From Takakia lepidozioides (taxonomy: Eukaryota > Plantae > Bryophyta), in the NCBI GenBank assembly GCA_030704615.1, contig CM060732.1:82522001-82586000 (forward strand): a DNA stretch of 64,000 nucleotides, given 5' to 3'. Both the position numbers and the translations under genes were made by a program. The notes beneath the pieces were generated by a model. The model was given only the letters and a program-made list of their open reading frames with translations, did not search any database and had not been told where the DNA came from. This document shows, one piece after another, positions 39,662 to 50,920 of this stretch (position 1 is its first letter; each line of letters opens with the position of its first letter).

Positions 39662-42393
39662 CCCTTAAGTGCCTAAGCGACCCATTTTGGGTTTGCTTAA
39701 CCAACCATAACTTCCTGTGGTTAAGGCTGATTGGGGCCTTTTTTTTGGGCTCAATCGATAGAAAATCGAGTCCCCCTTCAGATGGCATTGGCCAATTGGT
39801 CAATGCCTGAAGGGGTATGGGTCTGGACGAATGGGAAGGGGCTTTTTGAGGCCATTTTGGCCACCCTAACCTGCCCAAGTTGCTGACATGGCAACTGCGG
39901 TCAGGTTAGGGTGAATGAAAGATACCCCATAAAGGAGCGGGCGGCACGCTTCCCCAAGCCAATCCCCTTGATTGCCCGGTGGGGGCATGGCGGCCAGCGC
40001 AGGTCTGGCCATTCCCTAACCTGAAATCGATGGCGATGGAAGCTCCGGCCAACACCTTGGGCCCATAGCAGCGGGCTGGAGAGAGTGCCAAGGGGATGGC
40101 GGCAGAGCTAGGGGCTCGAGAAAAACTGCCATGAGGGGTGGGCCACACCTCGGCCAGGGGGTTGATGGGGTTGAGGGTGTGGAGTGGCCCCCATGAAAGC
40201 AGGGCCGGGTAGCCAGAGGAGCTCCCAACCCCCGTGCCCTTCTGGCCTATGGCTCCAAATATCCTAGGCCTGCAGGCTATAACATAGGTGTTGCATTGGA
40301 AGTCTTGGGCAGGGAACCTAAAGATGCGAGGGCATTGCCTGATTGGCCTCAAATTTTTTGGGGACTTCATATGGATGCCCATGACATTTCTACCGGATGG
40401 ATTAGGAATTGAACGGAAAATTGTTTTGTATGATTTTATGAAGAGAGATTTTGGTCTGCCCAGAGAAAATGGCAGATTTTGACCCCCCAATTTGTCACTA
40501 CAAAGGAGCCCACTTGAGAACATTTCAGAAAAAACTGAAAATTTCTGAGAATGTGTTATCAGGTATTGGGTCTTACCCTACACTCTACCCGAGCCCTCGC
40601 TGCTTCGGCTGTCTAATCACTCAATAAGTTACTTAACTTACCACAGCCAGTTCTGGAACTTACTCCTCTTCCTCACGACGATGGAATCTGAGTGTGAGTG
40701 GTGGGAAAACTGTATTGAAGTTTATACATCGATGCAAGTGTACATTGCACGAGTCTATTCAAGTTAATACAATCTTAAATCATGTCGCAACGGTACCCGG
40801 CCCACCATCATACGTTACAGTGGGGCCCCTGACATTGAACCAACTTGCACTCGTGTGTAGTAGTTGCAATTGATGGCTTGTAAGAGTACAGAGACGAGAC
40901 GATTCTGGCAAACTCGGAAGTCGGTGGCAAGTGTTGCGTTGGTACATACATCTGCTCAAACGCCTTCAGATCCTCCTCTAACTTTGGCACCCTTCATCAC
41001 AAACTTGCCAAACGAGGATTGTAATAACCTAAGATAGGTTTCAGACTGGCGACCGGACAAACTTTTTGTCCCTACAAACTACAGTAGCGTTTTTCACTAT
41101 TAGCGCTGACAAGATGCAGACACCTAGTGGACAGAAACAGCGTTCTCAGACTATGTAGCACTGACAAGATGTAGATACGTACAGTCGTACCTCTTTTATG
41201 GTTATCAGTTGGGAGTAGAGAAAAGTTAACCAGTAGAGATAATGTAACCAGTAACACCTTTATAAATATAACGACTATCGTAGTACCTTGGCAAGTTCGA
41301 CACAAATTTTAATATTTTAAAGACAGTTGAAAGTTCTGGAAATTAGTTTTATGAAATTAAATAATTTCGTGAATGATAATAAAGTATCTTTGGGAATATT
41401 CCATATTTCGAAACGAATTCTCAAAATAAAATAAATAATTCGACATAAGAGTGTTAGGTACTACCGTATCCAGTCTAGATCATTTCTAAGTTAACTATTA
41501 CATAAGCATTCTATGCCCAGACAGGACCCACCCGAGTTATTACAATTTACAAGTACACCTTGCAGGAGTCTAATCCACCTCAATGCTACACATTCTATGC
41601 AATTATAAACGAGTTATAAACACGTTAAAGAAACTTTATCTTTATCTTTATGCAATTACAAACACATATATGCTCAAAGTCCTTAGCTATTCTACCCTCC
41701 TTTTCTACAACAGCAACACACACCTCTCTCCACCTACCAGAATCATTCATGTTTCCTTGCTCGACTATGCAGCTGCTTCAAGACTATGCGACAGGCATGC
41801 CCTAACCTACCAATAAGCTTAATACTGATTGGCTGAATTTTGTTATCTACTTGGTTGTAATCAGCTACCATCAGATAAGATAGATCACTCTTCTGGATTA
41901 CAGATAAGATGACAAAAGTTAACTAGTATCCATACACACCTAACACTAGAGGGAGTAGTGAAAACGTAACTACTAAACATTTAACTATTTCCTCTGTATT
42001 TTTAGTGGGAATAGCAAAAAGATAACTAGAAGACCTGTTTGCACTTATAATCAGGTAACCATTAAGGAGGTTCGACTGTACACATAAGTTGGCCAAAGGG
42101 CCTTGAGAAAGAGGGCTGAGCGAGAGAGATGCCGCAAACTGGAGTTAGCTTGAATGAGAGAACCTCTTCCCGGTGTGGGTCTCAAGAGAAAGTGGAGAAA
42201 CAAGCTCGACCCTTTGACTGGAAGTCCAAAGGTGGAGCTTGTTCCTCCAATTTTCTCTGGGGACCCATCCTGAAGACCAATCCATCGTTGCATGCACAGG
42301 GAAGTAAATGCTCTCCCGCGAGAAGTGTGGTAAGGAAGGAGGAAAAGGATGGGAACTGTAGACACCAGGCACCAGGCACCAGGCACTTAAGGG
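39662..42393. mobile_element. piggyBac-like non-autonomous DNA transposon, 2732 bp
   Basis: Perfect 13-bp TIRs CCCTTAAGTGCCT / AGGCACTTAAGGG, each flanked by TTAA (39658-61, 42394-97); no intact transposase ORF, possible Cys-rich tail remnant at 40700-40860 (-). Confidence 0.75.
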
Positions 42394-42569
42394 TTAATTG
42401 CGATTATGGGCTGACCTCTCACCTAATGCTGGTAGACCCGACTCCCTATTTCCTGTGGATATGCCATAGGAAATGCCCTATAAAGTACATCAAGGTCAAC
42501 ATTCTTAGGAAATGGTGGATGAGTAGCTCCGCAGATAAATGAATGAAGCAAGACACTCACACCAGCATT

Positions 42570-45500
42570 TCACCAGTAATCACCACAAGAACAAGCCCCA
42601 TCTTCAAAGTGGTGAAAGCGGTTAGCATCCCGTACAACAATGGCGCGGCAACAATCTTTGAGATGAACTTGGTGGAGGTGTGGCAGTCACCACACACCCG
42701 AAGATTCTTGACGAGACAGAGAGGTGTCCTAGGGGCTGTACTGATCAGCCCAAAAACAATGGCCAGCTTCTCACTGTGGTGGCAAAGAGCAAATTCCTTC
42801 TGCTCCTCCCCCACATCATGCAATACAAAGCGCGTGTCAGGCACATACCCTGCCTCCTTCATCTGCCCAGACAATCTTCTCAGCTCAGCATAGATTTCCT
42901 TAATTTTGGGATGCAATTTGTCATCTACAACAAAGGTGTGCACCCTGTTGCCAACCTCAATGCAGCAGCGACCTGGCTCCTTTCTAACCCCTCTGACCTT
43001 CATCATTTTTCTCACCCTTGCACTAACATCCCACATGCCGGCTGCAGCATAGATGTTTGATAGCAACACATAAGTCGTGGCATCCTGTTCATCCCACTTG
43101 AGAATAGAAGTTGCTGCACGTTCAGCCATCTCCACATTGCCATGGATTCTGCAGGCACCAAGCAAGGCCTTCCACACCACAGCATCTGGTTTGATTGGCA
43201 TTTTATTAATGAGGTCCTCTGCCTCATCCAATCGTCCTCCACGTCCAAGAAGGTCCACCATGCAGCCAAAGTGCTTTACTGTCGGAGTGACACCATGATC
43301 TTGACTGAGGGAATCAAAGTAGCGTCTTCCTTCATCCATTAGGCCAACGTGGCTGCATGCAGAGAGAACACATATAAATGTGATACCGTCCGGCTTCAAG
43401 CCTTCCTTTTGCATTCCTTCAAATAGTTGCAGGACCTCCCTATGACAACCATGCTGCGCATATCCTGCGATCATCGTGTTCCAGGACACCACATTTCGTT
43501 CAGCCATATTGTCGAACACTCCCTTTGCATCCTCGATGCTACCGCATTTGGCATACATGTCCACCAGGGTATTGTTCAGAATGACGGATGGTACAATTCC
43601 TGTTTTGATGATGTCACCATGGACCTTTTTGGCCCTTTCCAGGGCTGCCAGGCTCGCACATGCATTGCAAACACAAACAAATGTGATGTGGTCGGGTTTT
43701 ACCCCTTCCCGCATCATTCGCTTATAGGTCTCCAAAGCCTCCATCCCGCGCCCCTGCTGTGCATATCCTGCAATCATCGCATTCCATGACACAACATCTC
43801 GGTCAGCCATATTGTCAAACACCCCCTTTGCATCCTCAATGCTGCCACATTTGGCATACATGTCTACGAGTGTATTGTTCAGATTGACATCTGGTACAAT
43901 TCCAGCTTTGACAATGTGGCCATGGACCTCTTTGCCCTTTTCCAGGGCTGCCAGTCTCGCACATGCATTGCAAACACAAACGAATGTGATGTGGTTGGGC
44001 TTCACTCCTTCTTGCATCATTTGCTCATAGGTCTCCAAAGCTTCCATCCCACACCCATGCCCCGCATATCCTGCAATCATAGCGCTCCAGGACACCACAT
44101 CTCGCTCAGCCATATGGCCAAACACTCCCTTTGCATCCTCGATGCTCCCACATTTGGCATACATGTCCACCAGGGTATTGTTTAGAATGACATCTGGTAC
44201 AATTCCAGCTTTGATGATGTGACCATGGACCTCTTTGCCCTTTTCCAGGGCTGCCAGGCTCGCACACGCATGACAAACAGAAACGAATGTGACCTGGGTT
44301 GGCTTCACCCCTTCCTGTATCATTTGCTCATACATCTGCAAAGCCTCAATCCCACAACCATGCTGGGCATATCCTGCAATTATCGCGTTCCAGGACACCA
44401 CATTTCGTTCAGCCATATTGTCGAACAATCCCTTTGCGTCCTTGATGCACCCATATTTGGCATGTCCTGCGATCATCACATTCCAGGACACTACATTTCG
44501 TTCAGCCATACTGTCGAACACTCCCTTTGCATCCTCGATGCTACCGCATTTGGCATACATGTCCACCAGGGTATTGTTCAGAATGACATCTGGTACAATT
44601 CCTGCTTTGATGATGTCACCATGGATCTCTTTGCCCCTTTCCAGGGCTGCCAGGCTCGCACATGCATTGCAAACGCAAACAAACGTGATGTGGTCAGGCT
44701 TCACCCCTTCCCGCATCATTTGCTCATAGGAGTCCCAAGCCTCCATCCCGTGTCCATGCTGTGCATATCCTGCGATCATTGTGTTCCAGGACACCACATC
44801 TTGTTCAACCATATTGTCGAACACTACCTGTGCATCCTCGATGCACCCACATTTGGCATACATGTCCACAAGGGTATTGTTCAGATTGACATCTGGTACA
44901 ATTCCTGCTTTGACGATATCACCATGGACCTCTTTGCCCTTTTCCAGGGCTGCCAGGCTCGCACATGCTTTGCAAACGCAAACAAACGTGATGTTGTTGG
45001 GCTTCACTCCTTCCTGCATCATTTGCTCATAGGTCTCCAAAGCCTCCATCCCACACCCATGCTGCACATATCCTGCAATCATAGCACTCCAGGACACCAC
45101 ATCTCGTTCGGCCATATGGACGAACACTCCCTTTGCATCGTCAATGCTCCCGCATTTGGCATACATGTCCACCAGGGAATTGTTCAGAATGACATCTGGT
45201 ACAATTCCAGCTTTGATGATGTGATCATGGGCCTCTTTGCCCTTTTCCAGGGCTGCCAGGCTCGCACACGCATTGCAAACGCAAACAAATGTGATGTGGT
45301 TGGGCTTCACTCCTTCCTGCATCATTTGCTCATAGGTTTCCAAAGCCTCCATCCCACACCCATGCTGCGCATATCCTGCAATCATAGCACTCCAGGACAC
45401 CACATCTCGTTCAGCCATATGGTCAAACACTTGCTTTGCATTGTCAATGCTCCCACATTTGGCATACATGTTCATCAGGGCAGTGTTCAGAACAACATCT

Positions 45501-46174
45501 GGTACAATTCCAGCTTTGACGATGTCACCATGGACCTCTTTGCCCTTTTCCAGGGCTGCCAGGCTCGCACACGCATTGCAAACGCAAACAAACGTGATGT
45601 GGTTGGGCTTTACCCCTTCCCGCATCATTTGTTCATATGTCTCCAAAGCATTCCTACCACACCGATGCTTGGTAAATCCTGCCATCATTGTATTCCACGT
45701 GATCAAGCATCGTTGAGGCATCCTGTTGAACACTTGGCAAGCATCCACAATGCTCCCGCACTTAACATACATGTTGACAAGGGTGTTGTATAGAAAAACG
45801 TTTGGCTTGAATCCACTTTGGATAATGTGAGCGTGCACCTGCTTTCCAGCTTCCAGGCCTTTCATCTTGATGCACTTATGCAAGAGACGGATGTATGTAT
45901 CTGAATCTGCTGAAATGCTTCCTTCAATTAAAGTCTGTAGAGCCTCTTTCAGTCGCCCTGCGTCACATAGCATCCTCACATCACGTCGAGAAGTGCAAGA
46001 AGGGGCACTGTGGACTCCCTCTCTTGGTCCTCTTTTGGAAGCTGTGGTCATGGTCGAGGTGCCTGATTTTATCAACTGTGCCACCGCTGCTGCTTCCAGT
46101 TGACCATCTACCCATGCAGGTTTCATGTAGCTATCGGTCCACAGGGAATCACAGTCCGGCCCTCTTGGATGAAT
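42570..46174 (-). CDS. PLS-class PPR-E1-E2-DYW organellar RNA editing factor, terminal exon; 1-nt frameshift in DYW tail
   Basis: 27 PPR motifs in L-S-P order (one extra S-type), P2-L2-S2, E1, E2, PG box [22 protein letters not shown]; restoring one base at 42648-49 gives [29 protein letters not shown] (stop 42570-72). Confidence 0.95.
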
Positions 46175-47300
46175 CTGGACCCACACTCTAATCCTGCTCC
46201 TTCAGCTATCCCTGCCTCTGCACAAATCATGTAGAGATCCTTGCATTGCTGCTAGCAGCTGACAATGACAACCTAGATTTGTCCTGGCAAACACCCCAAC
46301 CCTACCTATCACACAATATCTACTATGCTGAATTGCTCCCAAGACTTTGTGCTGGTGAGAGAGAGGATGACATTTTCCAACATAGCTTTGCATTGCATCT
46401 TGTTGTCTGCTTCTCTCTGTAATCTAACAGACATTCACCTTTTTGCCTTGATTATCCCACCATTGACTGGGGTCTGAAACACATTCCTTCCAAAGCTTCT
46501 CCTCGTCTCTGTTATCCAGTTTTGGATACTTTCCTGTTGCCACATTGGCAGTAACATGTCAAAATCACTCCAAAGCACAATAGATCCACCCAGCGAGCTA
46601 ACTTGCAGAATTCAACATGAGAAACTATGGATGACTCTAATAAGAGGGCAAAACGGGCTTAAATATGTGCCCTCATTAGCAGTGCCGGATTTTATCAATT
46701 GTGCCACTGCTGCTGCTGCTGCCAGTTGAACATCTACCCATTCAGGTTTCTTGTAGCTATTGATCCACAGGGAATCCTTGTGCTTGAAATCTGGCTATTG
46801 GATGAATCTGGACCCACACTCCATCCCTGCTCCTTCAGCTGTCCCTGCCTCTGCACCAATTATGTATAGATCCTTGCCTTGCTGCTAGCAGCTGACAATG
46901 ACAGCCTAGATCTCTTCTAGCAAACACCCCAACCCTACCTATCACACACTAGTTCCTATGCTGAATTACCTCCCAAGACTTCAAAAATGTGCTGGGGAGA
47001 GAGAAGATGACAATTTCCAACATAGCTTTGCATTGCATCTTGTTGTCTGCTTCACTACGTAAATCTAACAGACATTCACCTTTGTGCCTCGATCGTCCCA
47101 CCATTGACTGGGGTCTGAAAAACATTTCTTCCAAAGATTCTCCTCGTCTCTGTTATCTGTTTTTGGATACTTTCCTGTTGCACATTGGCAGTAACATGTC
47201 AAAATCACTCCAAAGTACCATAGATCCATCCAATGAGCTAACTTGCAGAATTCAACATGAGAACCTGGGGAGGATTCTGATAGGAGGGAAAAACAAGCTG
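46060..47300. repeat. ~635-bp tandem duplication of an exon-intron-exon module
   Basis: GATGAATCTGGACCCACACTC at 46168 and 46801; GTAACATGTCAAAATCACTCCAAAG at 46551 and 47191. Confidence 0.92.
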
Positions 47301-48372
47301 AAATGTGTTGAAGAAGGTGCACTCACCACATTGTCCTTGACCTTGTGTCATGAAAGCAGCTAGCTTTTCTTTCACCCACGGAGGATTCAACTGACCATCA
47401 ACCCAAATGGACGTCTTGTGTGTGCTACTTGTGTCTACAGTCGGGTGATCTCGGATTGGTCTGTGAGAACCACCATGGTCCAGCTGAGCAGCCACAGATT
47501 TAAACACTGCCTCCTAAGACAAAGCTGACCCTCCCAAGTACCATGTAAACACCAGGAAAAATACCAAATCATGATCCTGACAGGAAGGGGCCACTTCCGG
47601 TAGAAGGGGCATACTTCTTCACATCGTACACTAAGAGAGCCACACCTTGCCATTGTAGTTGTCCCACCATTGTGAAGGATCCTTAAGAAACTCATGCCAG
47701 CGCTGCTCCAGGCTCCACAGTAGACCTTCGTGCCCGTGATTCCGAGTGTCAACACCTTTACAGGTTCCTTTATGGAGGAGTACTAGTGTAGGTTTCAACA
47801 AGTCACTTTGGGCTCCATTCAACTCTACACAATCAGGAACATACAAACATGTCCAAACTCACACAGATGCTAAACAAGCTTATGTCTCTAATCTGGAGAT
47901 TTTGGAGTGGTCTGTGCCTCCACTACCGGCAGTAAAAGCAGTTTTTGCAGAGCAAAGCTTGACTCTGACTTCACTAAACAACTAGGGGTACAATCCAATC
48001 CACACAATATGATCACACCGGAGTCCAGTCAAACTCCCTCAGACTCCTTCACCTCCTACATGAAGAAAGCTCACCTTGTCATCGCTACTGCCACACCATT
48101 GTGAAGGATCTTTAAGGAACTCTTGCCAGCGCTGTTCCATGCTCCAGCGTTGACCTACACCCACATATACCCAATTATCGGCCTTGTCTAACCATCCAGT
48201 GCGCTTTCTTGCGTCCTTGCCCAGAGTACATTCGCTTTTACTGAATTGCTCAAAAGAGAATCCGGAGCCTGGATCCGGTGACGCATACATCCAACACAGC
48301 GACCCCAGGAAAGAAAACCGCGAAGTGTTTCGTGTAATCACCTAATTTGAATGCCATCCCTGGAGGCGCCAT
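46100..48372 (-). pseudogene. 5' exons of the PPR-DYW gene encoding four OSB-type PDF motifs (partly degenerate)
   Basis: First-half exons EQRWQEFLKDPSQW (~48075-48140), EQRWHEFLKDPSQWWDNYNGK (~47646-47710), EENLWKKCFSDPSQWWDDRGTK (~47080-47174), EEKLWKECVSDPSQWWDNQGKK (~46439-46533), each ending at AAG|GT; second halves TTPKSPD*RHK (~47875-47911), THKTSIWVDGQLNPPWVKEKL (~47330-47450), PDFKHKDSLWINSYKKPEWVDVQL (~46720-46794), [26 protein letters not shown] (start of the PPR exon). Confidence 0.8.
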
Positions 48373-49164
48373 AGCCACCGAATGCAAGGGACTCCGTCGT
48401 CTGCGAATTGCCAAGGAAAATGCCGCTATCAGCTCCACAGCCCAGCCCTTTAATCCGCTGCGAGAGGACAGGGCTTTGGGTATGGAGTGGGCATGCCCGT
48501 GCTGGAGAACGCGGGATGACGCTCCCACCCCCGCCGGTGACTGAGAGCGAGGCACAAAGATATGTTTTTGTCCGTATACTTGCAACCTCGATGCAAGAAA
48601 TTGCAACAGCAGGCTCCTCTATAAGCTTACATGGGAAACGATTATCAAGCTTCAAAGGATCACGCATAGGTGTGAACCATCGTTCGCTGCCGCGTGGTCT
48701 CTTCCCTTCTGTCCTTTCCAAAGACACATCGTCTCTCTCTCTCTCCTCCCGTCCCCCAAACGTCACAAAAGGAGAGGCTGGCCGCTCTCGTAGCCTTGCC
48801 ACTGCACTTCCCAGCTCAGGTCAAAATTTTCCTGTGCATCGTAGTGTGGTTTCTTGGTCAGAGTCTGTTGCATCATCAAAGTACAGGAAACTGGTCTTCT
48901 GTGTCACCCACTGTGTTTCATCACCATGCAAGCCCAGCATGGACCATGCTCAGGAGTGTTACATATTGCTGCACATAAGTTTCCTCTGGCAAATTTTAAG
49001 AGGAGCCATCTTGTGTGCATGTTCAAAGCAAGACTAGAGTTGGCAGTGGGCAAGAAGCTAGAATTATGTCTTGAAAAGTGCTTCAAAATGCAAAGCCACA
49101 AGGTAATAGGGGGGCATGTGAGAGAGACATGGTGTAGTGGGTCAGGATTGGAGAGCTATATCTG

Positions 49165-50460
49165 GTGGAATTAAGGTGTGGACCAGGGGTGGAAGTGCAA
49201 ATGCTCTCTTCAGATCTTGCAAGACAAAATGCAGTTGAAAGACCTGAAAGGGTTACGGCAGCTATGGTGGCATCAGCACATATGTATGAGCTTGAAAATG
49301 GAAGAAGATGGCGAGGAGGGTCCTTTTTGCCAGTACATTCTTGGTGGAGGATGTATAGGCTGTTCAAACAAGAAGGTAAGGGCTTCGCGAGGGTAGTGAA
49401 GGTATATACGAAGCTTGAAAGTAACGGAAAGAGTGAGAAGGAGGAGGTGTGGAGGGACCGGAATGAAGAACAAGAGAGAAGAGACAGATTGAAAGGTCGT
49501 GTGGTGGCCTTCACAACACCGGCACAGTACGCGGCTCGCCTCGCCACTCTTTTGGAACATGAAGGAGCTTGCCCTCTTTGGTGTCCCACGATTGTCACAG
49601 AAACCACAGATTCCAGCCGCCAGGAAGTTGGAGCTCAGATTTTCGGGGAAGGAAGAGAGCCCGCTAGTTGTTTTAAAGGTTTGGATGACTTCAAGGGCAT
49701 CGCCTTCACGTCCCGTGCAGGAATTCAGGCATTCTCGGAAGCACTTAGAGGGAGACATCCATCTCTTCGAGAAGAAGGAGAGCCGTTCCTTGTTGCTGCG
49801 CTTGGGCGAGATGCGGAGCTATTGCAAGAGCTAGACCTGTTCCAAGGAAATGGTCGGGTGAAGACTGTAGTGCCATCCACGGCCACTCCTCAAGCGCTGA
49901 TCGAAGAACTTGGAGAGGGAAGGGGACGACGTCTTCTTTGTCCTGTACCAAGGGTGGTTGGTCTGGAGGAGCCTCCAGTAGTTCCAGATTTCTTAGAAGG
50001 ACTGAAGAAGAAGGGATGGGATCCCGTTCGGCTGAATGCATACGTTACTCGGTGGGCTGGCAGAAACTGTGCCCAACGTCTTGTACAGAATGTAATACCT
50101 GACACTAACCTCAGGCAGCTTCTATCCTCCATAGATCTTACAGTACCTTCAGAAAATGCAAGTTGCAGGAGTGTGTTACTCAGTGACAGGAACAGAAGCT
50201 CTTGTCCATTGGGAGTTGATGCCCTCGTATTCACAAGCACAGCTGAAATTGAGGGGCTCATCAACAGCCTGAATGCGCTAGGACTTGGTGTTGACTTCCT
50301 TCGGAAAGGTGGGGGACAGTTGGTACTTGCTGCTCATGGGCCTGTCACTGCTGCGGGGGCAGCTCGACTGGGTGTTCAGATTGACATTGTAGGCAAAGAG
50401 TTCAACAGCTTTGCTGGAGTAGTAGATTCTCTGGCAAAATACTTCGCTGCGCAGTTGTAG
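49165..50460 (+). CDS. Uroporphyrinogen-III synthase (HemD/HEM4)-family protein, intronless CDS; true start uncertain
   Basis: 431-codon ORF with GRVVAFTTPAQYAARL, LWCPTIV, IAFTSRAGIQAF, ALGRDAE, LCPVPRVVGLEEPPVVPDFL, DALVFTSTAEIEGL, AAHGPVTAAGA. Confidence 0.88.
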   Translation: MELRCGPGVEVQMLSSDLARQNAVERPERVTAAMVASAHMYELENGRRWRGGSFLPVHSWWRMYRLFKQEGKGFARVVKVYTKLESNGKSEKEEVWRDRNEEQERRDRLKGRVVAFTTPAQYAARLATLLEHEGACPLWCPTIVTETTDSSRQEVGAQIFGEGREPASCFKGLDDFKGIAFTSRAGIQAFSEALRGRHPSLREEGEPFLVAALGRDAELLQELDLFQGNGRVKTVVPSTATPQALIEELGEGRGRRLLCPVPRVVGLEEPPVVPDFLEGLKKKGWDPVRLNAYVTRWAGRNCAQRLVQNVIPDTNLRQLLSSIDLTVPSENASCRSVLLSDRNRSSCPLGVDALVFTSTAEIEGLINSLNALGLGVDFLRKGGGQLVLAAHGPVTAAGAARLGVQIDIVGKEFNSFAGVVDSLAKYFAAQL

Positions 50461-50920
50461 TACTTACATTCCATTGAAATTGTGAACTGGTAGGAGGACT
50501 TCCAAAGCTGGAACAGATCTTTGTCATGGTCCTATTTGCCAGTCAGCAAGGTCAGCCATCGTCAAAAAGCTTTCACTTTACTCTCCTTCTGCAATTCATG
50601 TGAATGCAGAGGCCTGAAATGTTTAGTCAGTCATATTGACAAAGACTAGTATGTGTCTGATGATTGTCCAGCTTGAGGGGGAAGCATGCTTTCTGTGATT
50701 TGTGTTGCAGATCTCTCTCTCATGGAGTGAAAAAGTCCCTTCGAGGTGGGGTGGAGGATGCCAAACACAAGGAAAAACATCCTGAGCAATGAACCACTCA
50801 GTTATGGGAAAAGTGTCGCTTTAAAGAATTGCTTTGAAGAATTGATATCATTTAAGTCACAAATCATTTTAGATATACAGCACTAGACCTTAACATTGTC
50901 AGGCACTTGTGTCTGACATT

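Noticed and set aside
39906-40523. 205-aa ORF inside the piggyBac-like element
   Set aside because: GC-rich subterminal DNA, no transposase motifs.
42570-42960. U-to-C (DYW:KP) editing factor
   Set aside because: Has a PG box and canonical HSE/DYW motifs rather than KPAxA.
44219-45793. 524-codon ORF antisense to the PPR array
   Set aside because: Explained by tandem propagation of a stop-free 303-nt unit on the opposite strand; no independent protein features.
48408-49037. 209-aa ORF between the PPR and HemD-like genes
   Set aside because: Non-ATG start over promoter/5' UTR-like sequence with no recognisable motifs.
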